Assembly (NCBI GenBank): GCA_027023425.1
Contig: JALVVL010000012.1
Coordinates: 68,285 to 132,284, forward strand
Reading direction: 5' to 3'
DNA: 64,000 nucleotides
From: Anaerolineales bacterium
Lineage (GTDB): Bacteria > Chloroflexota > Anaerolineae > Anaerolineales > DRMV01
In this document: positions 15,879 through 26,155 of the stretch, piece after piece
Position numbering within the stretch: the stretch's first letter is position 1
How the letters are laid out: each line of letters opens with the position of its first letter
The notes under the pieces: generated by a model
The model's database searches: none
Told to the model about the DNA's origin: nothing
Seen by the model: the letters and a program-made list of their open reading frames with translations, nothing else
Program-made: the position numbers and the translations under genes

Positions 15879-16337
15879 ATGGATACGGTGCGTGTTCTTA
15901 ACCAAACTTACAAAGAGTTGCCGTGGCGCAAACGCATTCGCTACATCGCCACAGCGCTTGCCTTTGTGCTGGCCGTTGGGGCGTTTTTCTTCCTTGAGGT
16001 GCATTTTTCTAACCGCGCCATCTTGCTCGGTCGCCAAGCCCAGCGCCTTCAGGCCGAAATTCAAAACAACAGGCTTGAAATCATCATCCTGCAAGGGCAA
16101 TTGGCAGAGCAAACTTCTCTCAAGCACCTGCGCAAGGTTGCCAAGCGCCTTGGATACCGGCCTCTAACCTTGCAAGATGTGCACTATGCACCTGTGCCGG
16201 CGTGGGCGCTTGCGGAAGACTCGCCAAGGCCAACTTTGCAAGCACCTGTTGTGCCCACTCCTCTCCCGCGCAAATACACCATTTCTCTGGCCGAATGGCT
16301 TAGCGAAGAAGTGCTCTACCCAAGGGCGACGCGATGA
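15879..16337 (+). CDS. FtsL-like cell division protein (single TM + coiled coil)
   Basis: Start MDTVRV at 15879. TM segment IATALAFVLAVGAFFFL is followed by LQAEIQNNRLEIIILQGQLAE. The position between rsmH and ftsI supports the call. Confidence 0.55.
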   Translation: MDTVRVLNQTYKELPWRKRIRYIATALAFVLAVGAFFFLEVHFSNRAILLGRQAQRLQAEIQNNRLEIIILQGQLAEQTSLKHLRKVAKRLGYRPLTLQDVHYAPVPAWALAEDSPRPTLQAPVVPTPLPRKYTISLAEWLSEEVLYPRATR

Positions 16338-18172
16338 CAAACATGGCCGCCGACTTCCGTGAAGATACCGTGCCTATCACCCAAGCCACATGGAGGTACA
16401 TTGTGGTGGCGGGGGTGCTGTTTGCTTTGGCGGCTGTTGTAGTCGCTCGGATGGCGCTGTTGGCCTTTGGGCCTGAGGGCAAACTCATCCTTCAGAGCGA
16501 AAACGCCTATTACCTCAAACCCAGCCCCAAGCCGCGCGGGCTGATTTATGACCGTTCAGGCCATTTGCTCGCCGGAGACCGCGAGGTCTACGAACTTGAC
16601 ATCAACCTAAACGAAGTGGCGCCAACCGATATTCCCCGCATGGCGCAGGAAATTGCCGCCGTTTTGTCGCTTGACACGAAGGTACTCCGGAAACGCTTGC
16701 TGGAGGCGAAATCCGAAGGCGTGCCCAGCGTGATGCTGAGCAAGGAGGTCACAAAATCCCAAAAAGCGGCTTTGGAAAGGCGCGCCGACGAATGGGTCTA
16801 CAAAGACAAAAACGGCAAAGAAGTGAAGCCGCTGAGCGCTCTCAATTTTGTTTTGACCACGGCGCGGCTTTACCCCGAGGGCGATTTGGCCTCTAATGTG
16901 CTGGGTTTTGTGCCCCCGCTGGCAGAGCGCGGTTACGGCGGGGTGGAGCAGTTTTATGATGCCCTTTTGCGCGGCGGCGTGGAAATGCAAAAGCATTCTT
17001 ATGCGCCGTGGGTGGTTTTCCCTACCGAGGGCTCGCAGCCTGCCTCGCTCTACCTCACGATTGACCGCAATTTGCAGCGCGCCGCTGAGGAAGAAGCCGC
17101 CGCCGCAGTGCAAAAGACCAAGGCCGAGTTTGCTGTCATCATTGTGGCCGACCCATACACCGGCGCTATTTTGGCGATGGCGACCTCGCCGCACCCTCCG
17201 CTCGGCGATTACGACAAGTTGATGGCCTACATCAAAAAATGGAACGCCTTCAACTTGGCAATTGAAAAGCCTTACGAACCCGGCTCGGTTTTCAAAACCA
17301 TCACGATGGCAATTGCCCTTGACATTGGCGCCGTCAAGCCCGATACGGAATTTGACGACACGGGCATTTACACCGTTTCGGGTGCCCGCATTTACAACTG
17401 GAACCGCGGCGCTTGGGGCAAGCAGACGATGGTTGGCTGCCTCGCCTATTCGCTAAACACATGCCTTGCTTGGGTTGCGCATGAGAAAATTCCGCAAAAC
17501 ACTTTTTACCGCTACCTGAACGCCTTTGGCTTTGGTGACTTGACGGGTATTGACCTTGGCGGCGAAGCGCCGGGAGGGGCAATGACGCCCACTACCCGCG
17601 ATTCATACGGCCGTCCTTTATGGTCGCCTGCTGATCAGGCTTCGCAAGGCTTTGGGCAGGCCATCATGGTGACGCCTGTGCAGATGGTGGCCGCGATTTC
17701 GGCGATTGCCAATGGCGGCTACTTGGTCACCCCGCATGTTTTGGCCTACGAATCTATGGGTGGCAGGCGCTTTGCCTATCACCCGGAGGGGCGCGGGCAG
17801 GTGCTTTCTCCTTCAACTACGGCTACGCTCCGCAAAATGCTCACCGAATCGTTGCCGGTGGAGACCAAGACGGCGTTGGTGCCGGGCTACTCGGTTGCCG
17901 GTAAAACCGGCACTGCCGAAATTGCTCTCCCCGACGTGGGTTATTCCACCAACTTGACCAATGCCTCGTTTGCCGGTTGGTTCCCGGCCGATAAACCTCG
18001 CTATGTGATTTATGTTTGGCTTTCCAAGCCAAAAACCTCACCTTGGGCTTCTGTGGTGGCGGCTCCCGTTTTTGCGGAGATGGTCAAAAGGACGGCTTTG
18101 ATTGAGAATGTGCCGCCCGACGATGTGCGCAAACGTTTTGAAGGCGTTTCGCAGGTTACAGGGAAGAAGTGA
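16334..18172 (+). CDS. ftsI: Penicillin-binding protein, peptidoglycan D,D-transpeptidase FtsI/PBP2 type
   Basis: SxxK (GSVFK), SxN (YSLN) and KTG (AGKTGTA) motifs, plus an N-terminal TM helix. Confidence 0.9.
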   Translation: MTNMAADFREDTVPITQATWRYIVVAGVLFALAAVVVARMALLAFGPEGKLILQSENAYYLKPSPKPRGLIYDRSGHLLAGDREVYELDINLNEVAPTDIPRMAQEIAAVLSLDTKVLRKRLLEAKSEGVPSVMLSKEVTKSQKAALERRADEWVYKDKNGKEVKPLSALNFVLTTARLYPEGDLASNVLGFVPPLAERGYGGVEQFYDALLRGGVEMQKHSYAPWVVFPTEGSQPASLYLTIDRNLQRAAEEEAAAAVQKTKAEFAVIIVADPYTGAILAMATSPHPPLGDYDKLMAYIKKWNAFNLAIEKPYEPGSVFKTITMAIALDIGAVKPDTEFDDTGIYTVSGARIYNWNRGAWGKQTMVGCLAYSLNTCLAWVAHEKIPQNTFYRYLNAFGFGDLTGIDLGGEAPGGAMTPTTRDSYGRPLWSPADQASQGFGQAIMVTPVQMVAAISAIANGGYLVTPHVLAYESMGGRRFAYHPEGRGQVLSPSTTATLRKMLTESLPVETKTALVPGYSVAGKTGTAEIALPDVGYSTNLTNASFAGWFPADKPRYVIYVWLSKPKTSPWASVVAAPVFAEMVKRTALIENVPPDDVRKRFEGVSQVTGKK

Positions 18173-18184
18173 TGGAGTGTTGAC

Positions 18185-19609
18185 GTGCTCACCTTGGCCG
18201 ACATCGTTGAGGCGCTCGTAGGCGTCCGCCCGCCGTATGAGGGTTTTCCGATTTCCGAAGCGGCGGTGGATTCGCGGCTTGCCATCCCTGCGAGCCTGTT
18301 TGTGGCGTTGCGCGGCAGCCGCCACGATGGGCACGACTTTGTCGGTGATGCTTTTGCTCGCGGCGCTTCGGCGGCTTTGGTTGCCCGCCCTGTAGGGGCT
18401 TGCGCCACAGTTTTGGATTTGCGCCATTCGGCCGTGGGCCGACCCTTCCCCCCTGTGACGCCGCCGGTTTGCTTGCTGGTTGAAGATCCGCTGAAGGCGC
18501 TTCAGCAAGCGGCGCGCTTTTGGCGGCGCAAATTGCCGCACCTGCGCGTTATCGGCATTACCGGCAGTGTCGGCAAATCCACCACCAAAGAATTGACGGC
18601 GCAGGTGCTTTCACGCCGTTACCGCACCTTGAAAAACCGCGGCAACTTCAACAACGAAATCGGCTTGCCGCTCACCCTGCTCAGCCTCACCACCGGCCAC
18701 GAGCGCGCGGTTCTGGAAATGGGCTTTTACGTCCCCGGCGAGATCGCCTTCCTCTGCGATTTGGCACTTCCGCAGGTGGGCGTAGTGACCAACATCGGCA
18801 CGGTGCACGCCGAGCGCGCCGGTTCTCAGGCCGAAATTGCCCGCGGCAAAGCGGAACTGGTTGAAGCCCTGCCGCCCGCGCCCGAAGGCGTTGCCATCCT
18901 CAACTATGATGACCCGCTGGTGCGGGCTATGGCTGAAAAGACCGCCGCGCGCGTCTTCTTTTACGGCTTGAGCCCGCAGGCAGACCTGTGGGCTGACCAA
19001 ATTGAAGGCTTAGGGCTGGACGGCATCCGCTTGCGTTTGCACTACCGTGGCGAAAGCCTTGTGGTGAAAGTGCCGCTTTTGGGGCGGCATTCGGCGCACA
19101 CGGTGCTGCGCGCGGCGGCGGTTGGTTTGGTTGAGGGCTTGGATTGGCAGGAAATTGTGGAAGGCCTCCGCCTTGGGCATACCCAACTTCGGCTTGTGGC
19201 GGTGCGAGCCGCCAACGGCGCTCTTTTGTTGGACGATACCTACAACGCCTCGCCGCAGTCCACCATGGCGGCGCTGAATTTGCTCGCCGATTTGGATGGG
19301 CGGCGGGTGGCGGTGCTGGGCGATATGCTGGAACTTGGGCAGTATGAGCGCATAGGCCACGAACGCGTTGGGCGGCGCGCCGCCGAGGTGGCTTCGCTGC
19401 TGGTTACCGTGGGCGAGCGCGGCAAAATCATCGCCGAGGCGGCGCTTTCTGCCGGAATGCCGCGCGAAGCCGTTTTTGTGGCCGATGATGCCGAGCAGGC
19501 AATTGCTTTTCTGCGCACCAACCTTCGCCCCGATGATGTGGTGCTGGTGAAGGGCTCGCGCGCCGTCCACATGGAAACCATCGTTGCCGCGTTGGAGAAA
19601 AACGAATGA
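18185..19609 (+). CDS. murF: UDP-N-acetylmuramoyl-tripeptide--D-alanyl-D-alanine ligase
   Basis: GITGSVGKSTTKE, NFNNEIGLPLTLL and DDTYNASP. Confidence 0.9.
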   Translation: MLTLADIVEALVGVRPPYEGFPISEAAVDSRLAIPASLFVALRGSRHDGHDFVGDAFARGASAALVARPVGACATVLDLRHSAVGRPFPPVTPPVCLLVEDPLKALQQAARFWRRKLPHLRVIGITGSVGKSTTKELTAQVLSRRYRTLKNRGNFNNEIGLPLTLLSLTTGHERAVLEMGFYVPGEIAFLCDLALPQVGVVTNIGTVHAERAGSQAEIARGKAELVEALPPAPEGVAILNYDDPLVRAMAEKTAARVFFYGLSPQADLWADQIEGLGLDGIRLRLHYRGESLVVKVPLLGRHSAHTVLRAAAVGLVEGLDWQEIVEGLRLGHTQLRLVAVRAANGALLLDDTYNASPQSTMAALNLLADLDGRRVAVLGDMLELGQYERIGHERVGRRAAEVASLLVTVGERGKIIAEAALSAGMPREAVFVADDAEQAIAFLRTNLRPDDVVLVKGSRAVHMETIVAALEKNE

Positions 19610-20613
19610 TTTCGTCCCCTGCCCCCACAACGCTTGCTTTGAGCCTCGCGGCGCTTAGTTTTGTGCTCACCGTGATTTGGGGCGACCCGCTTTTGCGGAT
19701 TTTGCGCCACTTTCACGTTGGCAAAATCATCCGCGTTGACGGACCCCAACGGCACTTTTCCAAACTCGGCACGCCCACAATGGGCGGCGTGATGATCGTC
19801 ATTCCGGTTTTCTTTATGACTTTGCTTATCAATGCCGGATGGGTTTTTGGGCATACGCACGCCGGGCGCTCGGTTTTGTTGCCGTTAGGCGTGATGGTGT
19901 CATTTGCGGCGCTGGGTGCGATTGACGATTGGGCTGGCTTGCGCGGCCGCAAGGGCGAAGGGCTGCGGGCGCGCACCAAGTTTGCCCTGCAACTGCTTTT
20001 GGCTTTGATCGCCGCCTACGGGCTCAAATACTACCTCGGCGTGCCCGAATTGATAATTCCCGGCATTCCGCAGCCGCTCAACCTTGGCGTGTGGTACTTG
20101 CTCATTGCGGTTTTCATCATTGTGGCCTCCAGCAACGCTGTTAACCTGACCGACGGCTTAGATGGGCTTGCTGGCCTCATCACCGCCACCTGCTTTGCCG
20201 CTTATGGCGGCATTGCACTGATGCAAGGGCAAATTTACCTTGCCCGCTTTGCTTTCATCGTGGTTGGCGGCATTTTCGGCTTTTTGTGGTTCAACGTGCA
20301 TCCGGCGTTGCTTTTCATGGGCGATACCGGCTCGCTTTCGTTGGGAGCGACTTTGGGCGTGGTGGCGCTGATGAGCGGGCAATGGCTTTTGCTGCCGATA
20401 ATTGCCGTTGTGCCGGTTGCGGAGGCGCTGAGCGTGATTCTGCAAGTTGCCTACTTCAAACTCAGCGGCGGGCGGCGGCTTTTCAAAATGTCGCCCCTGC
20501 ACCACCACTTTGAACTTATCGGTTGGAGCGAAACGCAGGTTGTTCAGCGGTTTTGGCTTGTGAGCCTGCTTTTTGCGATGATAGGCGTTGCCGTGGCGGT
20601 GGGGTATGGCTGA
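19606..20613 (+). CDS. mraY: Phospho-N-acetylmuramoyl-pentapeptide transferase
   Basis: SSNAVNLTDGLDGLA, FMGDTGSLSLG and SPLHHHFEL. Confidence 0.95.
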   Translation: MISSPAPTTLALSLAALSFVLTVIWGDPLLRILRHFHVGKIIRVDGPQRHFSKLGTPTMGGVMIVIPVFFMTLLINAGWVFGHTHAGRSVLLPLGVMVSFAALGAIDDWAGLRGRKGEGLRARTKFALQLLLALIAAYGLKYYLGVPELIIPGIPQPLNLGVWYLLIAVFIIVASSNAVNLTDGLDGLAGLITATCFAAYGGIALMQGQIYLARFAFIVVGGIFGFLWFNVHPALLFMGDTGSLSLGATLGVVALMSGQWLLLPIIAVVPVAEALSVILQVAYFKLSGGRRLFKMSPLHHHFELIGWSETQVVQRFWLVSLLFAMIGVAVAVGYG

Positions 20614-22054
20614 TAAATTCACTGGAAAGCGCGTTTTGATCATCGGCGCAGGGCGTCAGGGCACGGCGCTGGCGCGCTACCTTGCGCGGCACGGTGCGGA
20701 TGTGGTGCTCAACGACCGCCGTCCGGCGCAGGCGCTGGAGGCCGCGCGCTCCCACCTCGCCGATTTGCCCATCCGCTGGGTTACGGGTGGGCACCCGCTT
20801 GAGGCGCTTGATGGTGTGGATTTGGTCTGCCTTTCGGGCGGCGTGCCGCCGGAGTTGCCGCTGGTGCAAGAGGCGGTGCGGCGCGGCATTCCGCTCAGCA
20901 ATGAGGCTCAAATTTTCATGGAGGTTGCGCCTTGCCCTGTGGTGGGCATTACTGGCTCGGCGGGCAAAACCACCACGACCACGCTTGTGGGGCGCATGGC
21001 GGGCACAGCAGCCGAAGCCGTGCGCGGCGCTTCGTATAGCCAATTAGATGAGAGCCTGCGCCAAGCCGCCTCTGCCCTCCCCAAGCGCTGGCGAACCGTC
21101 TGGGTTGGCGGCAACATCGGCAACCCCCTCATTGCCGACGCCGATGAAATGACTGCCGACGACCTCGCCGTCATGGAACTTTCCAGTTTCCAACTTGAGC
21201 AGATGCACACCGCCCCGCAGGTTGCCGCGGTGCTCAACATCACCCCCAACCACCTTGACCGCCACGGCACGATGGAAGCCTACACCGCCGCCAAAGCCCG
21301 CATTGTGGCTTTCCAAACCCCCGATGATACGGCAATTTTGGGCTGGGAAGACGCGGGCGCGTGGGGCTTGCGCGAGCAAGTGCGCGGGCGGCTGATGGCC
21401 TTTGGCTTTGCTCCGCCGCCTGAGGACGTGGATGGCACTTTTTTGGACGGCGAAACGCTTGCCCTCCGCGAAGGCGGGGAGGTGCACCCGCTTTTTGCCC
21501 GCGACGTCATACGCCTGCGCGGCGAGCACAATGTCCTCAACGTGCTTGCGGCTTCAGCGGTGGCGGCGGCTTTGGGCCTGACCGCCGAGCACATGCGCCT
21601 TGGCGTGGAAAATTTTGGCGGCGTGCCCCATCGGCTGGAACTGGTGCGCGTGCTGGACGGCGTGGCGTGGTACAACGATTCTATCGCCACCGCGCCCGAG
21701 CGGGCAATTGCCGCCATTCGCTCGTTTGATGAGCCGATTGTGCTCCTCGCTGGCGGGCGCGACAAAAAACTCCCGTGGGATGAATGGGAGCAGTTGGTGC
21801 GGCAGCGGGTGCGGGTGCTGATCCTGTTCGGCGAGGCGGCGGATTTGATTTTGGACGCGCTTTCCAAGGCCACAGGCGACTTGCCCGAGACCGTCCTGCG
21901 TTGCGAGTCGCTGGAAGACGCCGTGCGCGCCGCTTACCATGCTTCCCAACCCGGCGATGTGGTGTTGCTTTCCCCGGGCGGCACCAGTTTTGACGAATTT
22001 CGCGACTTTGCCGAGCGCGGAGAGAGGTTTAGAGAATGGGTGAACGAACTGTGA
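20606..22054 (+). CDS. murD: UDP-N-acetylmuramoylalanine--D-glutamate ligase
   Basis: Start MADKFTGKRVLIIGAGRQG, with an 8-nt overlap on mraY. GITGSAGKTTTT. C-terminal LLSPGGTSFDEF. Confidence 0.9.
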   Translation: MADKFTGKRVLIIGAGRQGTALARYLARHGADVVLNDRRPAQALEAARSHLADLPIRWVTGGHPLEALDGVDLVCLSGGVPPELPLVQEAVRRGIPLSNEAQIFMEVAPCPVVGITGSAGKTTTTTLVGRMAGTAAEAVRGASYSQLDESLRQAASALPKRWRTVWVGGNIGNPLIADADEMTADDLAVMELSSFQLEQMHTAPQVAAVLNITPNHLDRHGTMEAYTAAKARIVAFQTPDDTAILGWEDAGAWGLREQVRGRLMAFGFAPPPEDVDGTFLDGETLALREGGEVHPLFARDVIRLRGEHNVLNVLAASAVAAALGLTAEHMRLGVENFGGVPHRLELVRVLDGVAWYNDSIATAPERAIAAIRSFDEPIVLLAGGRDKKLPWDEWEQLVRQRVRVLILFGEAADLILDALSKATGDLPETVLRCESLEDAVRAAYHASQPGDVVLLSPGGTSFDEFRDFAERGERFREWVNEL

Positions 22055-23259
22055 GCAGACGCCGCACGCCCAGATGGCTTTTAGGCACCGACGGCTGGCT
22101 GGTGGTGGCGGTGGCAACCTTGCTCCTTTGGGGCTTACTGATGGTGTATTCCAGCGGCGCCGATTTCGCTTGGTGGCATCTCGGTGGTGATGCTTTTTAC
22201 CTCTTCCGCCGTCAACTTTTCTTTGTGCTCATCACTTCGGTATGGGCTGTTTTGCTCGCGGCCGTTGACTACCGTTTTTGGCAGCGCTTTGCCGTGCCTG
22301 CTTTGTTTTTGATTTGGATTTTGCTGTTTTTGGCTCTGATTTTCGGCCATGCGCGCGCCGTAGGCCGCTTTTTGAGCGGGAGGTCGCTTCAGCCTTCGGA
22401 ATGGGCGAAGGTGGTGCTGATTTTCTACCTTGCAGTGTGGCTGGCGCGCCGCAAAGGGCATTTGGATAACCCCTGGACTGGTTTATACCCCTTGGCGGCA
22501 TTGGTTGGCATTACGGCAAGCCTTGTGCTTTTGGAGCCAGACCTCAGCGCGGCCATCACGATGGTGCTCCTTGGCATGATGATGTTCTTCCTTGCCGGTG
22601 GGAGATTGCGGCATTTGGCAGTGGCTTTTGTGGTCATGCTGGTTGTGGGCGCTTTGTTTGTGATGGTTTACCCACGAGGGCACGACCGGGTGGTGGCTTA
22701 TTTAGCGGGTTTGAACGATCCCCAACACGCTCTTGCTCAGATTAGGCTTGCGTTTGCGGCGGTGGCGCGCGGCGGCATTTTTGGCGTTGGCCCTGGCCAG
22801 TCTCAGATAAAGGTGCGCGGCCTGCCGCTCGCGCCGACCGACAGCATTTTCGCCGTCGTTGCCGAGGAATTCGGTGTGCTTGGCGCAACTGTGATGGTGA
22901 TTTTGTTCGGCTTGATCGTTTGGCGCGGCCTGAAAATTGCATTTGCCGCCCCTGATGAGTTTGGCAGGTTGCTGGCGGCGGGTTTGGCCTTTTGGATTGG
23001 GCTTGAAGCGTTTATGAACATGGCAATGATGCTCAACCTGCTCCCCCTTGCGGGGAACGCGCTGCCGTTCATCAGTTACGGCGGTTCAAACCTGCTGAGC
23101 GTGATGAGCGCGGTTGGCCTGATTTTGAGCGTCGGGCGGGCATCGGCGCGTGAACGCCTTTTGGAAAGGAGCGATACCGGTGCGGTTGTTAGTTTGCGCC
23201 GGAGGAACCGGCGGCGGCGTGTATCCAGCGCTGTCGGTGCTTCAGGCGTTAGGGAGTGA
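22036..23259 (+). CDS. ftsW: SEDS-family peptidoglycan glycosyltransferase FtsW/RodA
   Basis: Ten hydrophobic segments. PTDSIFAVVAEEFG and LPFISYGGSNLL. Arg-rich C-terminal tail. Confidence 0.9.
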   Translation: MGERTVSRRRTPRWLLGTDGWLVVAVATLLLWGLLMVYSSGADFAWWHLGGDAFYLFRRQLFFVLITSVWAVLLAAVDYRFWQRFAVPALFLIWILLFLALIFGHARAVGRFLSGRSLQPSEWAKVVLIFYLAVWLARRKGHLDNPWTGLYPLAALVGITASLVLLEPDLSAAITMVLLGMMMFFLAGGRLRHLAVAFVVMLVVGALFVMVYPRGHDRVVAYLAGLNDPQHALAQIRLAFAAVARGGIFGVGPGQSQIKVRGLPLAPTDSIFAVVAEEFGVLGATVMVILFGLIVWRGLKIAFAAPDEFGRLLAAGLAFWIGLEAFMNMAMMLNLLPLAGNALPFISYGGSNLLSVMSAVGLILSVGRASARERLLERSDTGAVVSLRRRNRRRRVSSAVGASGVRE

Positions 23260-24280
23260 GGCAGAAGTGCTCTGGGTAGGCGGCGAAGGCGGCATGGAGG
23301 CCGAGTTAGTGCGCCGCGCCGGCATTCCCTTCCGCACAATTCCGGCGGCGGGGGTGCATGGCGTTGGCCTGCGGCGGCTGCCTGGCAACCTTTTGCGCCT
23401 CGCACGGGGCTACTTCGCCGCGCACCAAATCCTCCGCTCTTTCCGCCCGGATGTGCTCTTTTTCACCGGCGGTTATGTTGCGGTGCCGGTTGGGCTCGCC
23501 GGTCGGCGTATTCCGACTGCACTCTATGTGCCCGATATTGAGCCCGGCCTCGCGCTGAAAACTTTGGCGCGCTTTGCCGACCGCATTGCCGTCACGGCCG
23601 AGGATTCGCGGCAGTTTTTCCCGAACCGCGACAAGGTGGTGGTAACCGGCTACCCTGTGCGTGCTACCCTCGCCCGCTGGAAGCGCCATGAGGCGCGCGA
23701 GGCCTTGGGTTTGCCGCAAGAGGCTTTTGTGCTCTTGGTTTTTGGCGGCAGCAAAGGCGCCCGTTCTATCAATTTCGCCTTGCTGGAGTCGCTGGAATCG
23801 CTTTTGCCGCAAATGCACATTGTGCACATCAGCGGCAAGTTGGATTGGGAAAAAGTGCAGGCGGTGGCGCAAGCCTTTCCTGCGGGGATGCGCGAGCGCT
23901 ACCATCCTTTCCCCTACCTGCACGAGCGGATGGGCGCGGCGCTGGCCTCGGCGGATTTGGTGGTGTCGCGCGCCGGAGCGTCGGTGCTGGGCGAGTTCCC
24001 GCTGTTTGGGTTGCCAGCAATTCTCGTTCCGTACCCTCACGCGTGGCGCTACCAGCGGGTCAACGCGGCGTATTTGGCCGACCGCGGGGCGGCCGAGGTT
24101 TTAGACGATGAGCGCCTTGCCGAATTGCCCGAGAGGGTGCTGGCATTGGTTCAAAATGCCGAGCGGCGCGAGAAAATGGCTCAAGCGATGCGCTCGCTGG
24201 CCGTTCCCGATGCCGCACGCCGCATTGCCGATTTGCTGGTTGAAATGGCCGCCTTGGAGGTAAAAAATGGTGACGTTTAG
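23180..24280 (+). CDS. murG: UDP-N-acetylglucosamine--N-acetylmuramyl-(pentapeptide) pyrophosphoryl-undecaprenol GlcNAc transferase
   Basis: I prefer the GTG at 23180, which sits 8 nt after AAGGAG; the track start is 23150. VRLLVCAGGTGGGVYPALSV. It overlaps the ftsW 3' end by about 80 nt. Confidence 0.9.
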   Translation: MRLLVCAGGTGGGVYPALSVLQALGSEAEVLWVGGEGGMEAELVRRAGIPFRTIPAAGVHGVGLRRLPGNLLRLARGYFAAHQILRSFRPDVLFFTGGYVAVPVGLAGRRIPTALYVPDIEPGLALKTLARFADRIAVTAEDSRQFFPNRDKVVVTGYPVRATLARWKRHEAREALGLPQEAFVLLVFGGSKGARSINFALLESLESLLPQMHIVHISGKLDWEKVQAVAQAFPAGMRERYHPFPYLHERMGAALASADLVVSRAGASVLGEFPLFGLPAILVPYPHAWRYQRVNAAYLADRGAAEVLDDERLAELPERVLALVQNAERREKMAQAMRSLAVPDAARRIADLLVEMAALEVKNGDV

Positions 24281-24773
24281 CGCGTTTCTCTTCCTTGGCA
24301 TATTGCTGTTTATGATAAACGGGCTGGCGCGCGGCTGGTATCGGGAACTGCTGGGCACTTTTGGCATCATCCTTGGGCTGAACCTTCTCCAATTTATAGA
24401 ACATCTCTATAGGTTGGACGTGGTTTTGTCGCCCAAGAACTTGTTTTTGTTCCGTTCTGTTGTGCTGGGCGTGAGTTTGTTTTTGGGCTACCAAGTGCCA
24501 AGCATCAGGGATTACCGCCGTGGCCCTAAAGGTTTTAGCGCATCACTGCTGGGCGGTTTTTGGGCGGCTGTGAATGGCTATTTGTTCATCGGCCTGTTGT
24601 GGTACTTCTTGGAGGCGGCTCATTATCCTTGGCCTACTTTTGTGAAACCGCCTATTGATCCGTTTTCTATCAAGATAGCACATCATTTGCCTTCTGTTTT
24701 GTTCCAAAATCCGCTGGCATTGCGCGGCAGTTTGTTATTGGCGTTTCTTATCGTGATTACGGTGATAATATGA
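24267..24773 (+). CDS. Small integral membrane protein, CvpA-like (tentative)
   Basis: 168 aa with 4-5 hydrophobic helices. The N-terminus FLFLGILLFMINGLARGWYRELLGTFGIILG resembles CvpA family openers. It is inserted between murG and murC with overlapping stops and starts. Confidence 0.4.
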   Translation: MVTFSAFLFLGILLFMINGLARGWYRELLGTFGIILGLNLLQFIEHLYRLDVVLSPKNLFLFRSVVLGVSLFLGYQVPSIRDYRRGPKGFSASLLGGFWAAVNGYLFIGLLWYFLEAAHYPWPTFVKPPIDPFSIKIAHHLPSVLFQNPLALRGSLLLAFLIVITVII

Positions 24774-26155
24774 GCCGAATTTGTGATGGGCGCGTACACC
24801 TGATAGGGATCGGCGGCACCGGTCTTTCGGCGATTGCGCGGGTGCTGGCCGAACGCGGCTGCGAGGTTAGCGGCTCGGACCGCACCGAATCGCCGCGCAC
24901 CGAAGCCTTGCGCCGTTTGGGTGTGCGCGTTTCCATCGGCCACGACGCCGCCGCAGTTGAGGGCGCAAGCATGGTGGTGCGTTCTTCCGCTGTGCCGCTT
25001 TCCAATCCCGAAGTGCAGGCGGCGCTTGCCGCTGGCATACCCGTGCTGACGCGCCGCGAATTTCTGCCTCTCCTCACCGAGGGCTACCGCGTGATAGCCG
25101 TTGCCGGTTCGCACGGGAAGACCACCACGACCGCCATGCTCGCGTGGGCGCTGAGCGCGCTGGGCGCCGACCCGACTTACATTGTCGGCGCTGAGGTGCG
25201 TGCCCTTGGCGCAAATGCCCATTCCGGCAAAAGCCCTTGGTTTGTGATTGAGGCCGATGAATACGACCATATGTTTTGGGGCTTGAGCCCCTACGCCGCT
25301 GTGGTTACCAACATTGAGCACGACCACCCCGATATGTTCCCTACTGCCGAGGATTTCTTTGCCGCTTTTCGGGGCTTTGCCGAGCGGATAACGCCTGATG
25401 GGTTTTTGCTGGCCTGCGCCGACGATGCCGGTAGTTTGCGGCTGGCCGAGGAGCATTCTCGCTCCGGCGGGCGGGCGTTCACCTACGGTTTGCAAAGCGA
25501 TGGGGCGCATTACCAAGCCGTTGCCTTGCGCACAAACGCCGCGGGCGGCTACGATTTCACCTTTGTTGCGCCGAGGGGCGCGGCGGCGGAAGTTTCGCTT
25601 GCCATCCCCGGCAAGCACAATGTGCAAAACGCCGTGGCCGCTTTGGGCGTGTTGCACCTTTTGGGGATGGACGTGCGCGGGGCCGCGGCGGCTTTGGCAA
25701 AATTCACCGGCGCGGGGCGGCGCTTTGAGGTGCGCGGCGAGGTGAAAGGAGTGCTTTTTGTGGACGATTACGGGCATCATCCCACCGAAATTCGCGCCAC
25801 CCTTGCCGCCGCTCGCGACCGCTACCCAAAGCGCAAAATTTGGGCGGTTTGGCAGCCTCACACCTACAGCCGCACTCTTGCCTTGCTTGGCGAATTTGCC
25901 GAGGCTTTTCACGATGCCGATGCGGTGGTGGTAACGCCAGTCTTCGCGGCGCGCGAAACCCCGCCGGACGGCTTTGAAGCCCGCCGCGTCGCCGCTGCAA
26001 TTCGTCACCCGCGGGTTCGGTTTGCACCTTCGCTGCGTGCCGCGGCCGATTTGCTTGTAAACGAGGTTGAGCCTCCGGCTGTGGTGCTGGTCTTTTCGGC
26101 GGGCGATGCCCCGCTTGTGAACCGGTTGGCAATGGAAGGATGGGAGCGAAAATGA
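24770..26155 (+). CDS. murC: UDP-N-acetylmuramate--L-alanine ligase
   Basis: HLIGIGGTGLSAIARVL, GSHGKTTTTAM and DDYGHHPTEI. Confidence 0.9.
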   Translation: MSRICDGRVHLIGIGGTGLSAIARVLAERGCEVSGSDRTESPRTEALRRLGVRVSIGHDAAAVEGASMVVRSSAVPLSNPEVQAALAAGIPVLTRREFLPLLTEGYRVIAVAGSHGKTTTTAMLAWALSALGADPTYIVGAEVRALGANAHSGKSPWFVIEADEYDHMFWGLSPYAAVVTNIEHDHPDMFPTAEDFFAAFRGFAERITPDGFLLACADDAGSLRLAEEHSRSGGRAFTYGLQSDGAHYQAVALRTNAAGGYDFTFVAPRGAAAEVSLAIPGKHNVQNAVAALGVLHLLGMDVRGAAAALAKFTGAGRRFEVRGEVKGVLFVDDYGHHPTEIRATLAAARDRYPKRKIWAVWQPHTYSRTLALLGEFAEAFHDADAVVVTPVFAARETPPDGFEARRVAAAIRHPRVRFAPSLRAAADLLVNEVEPPAVVLVFSAGDAPLVNRLAMEGWERK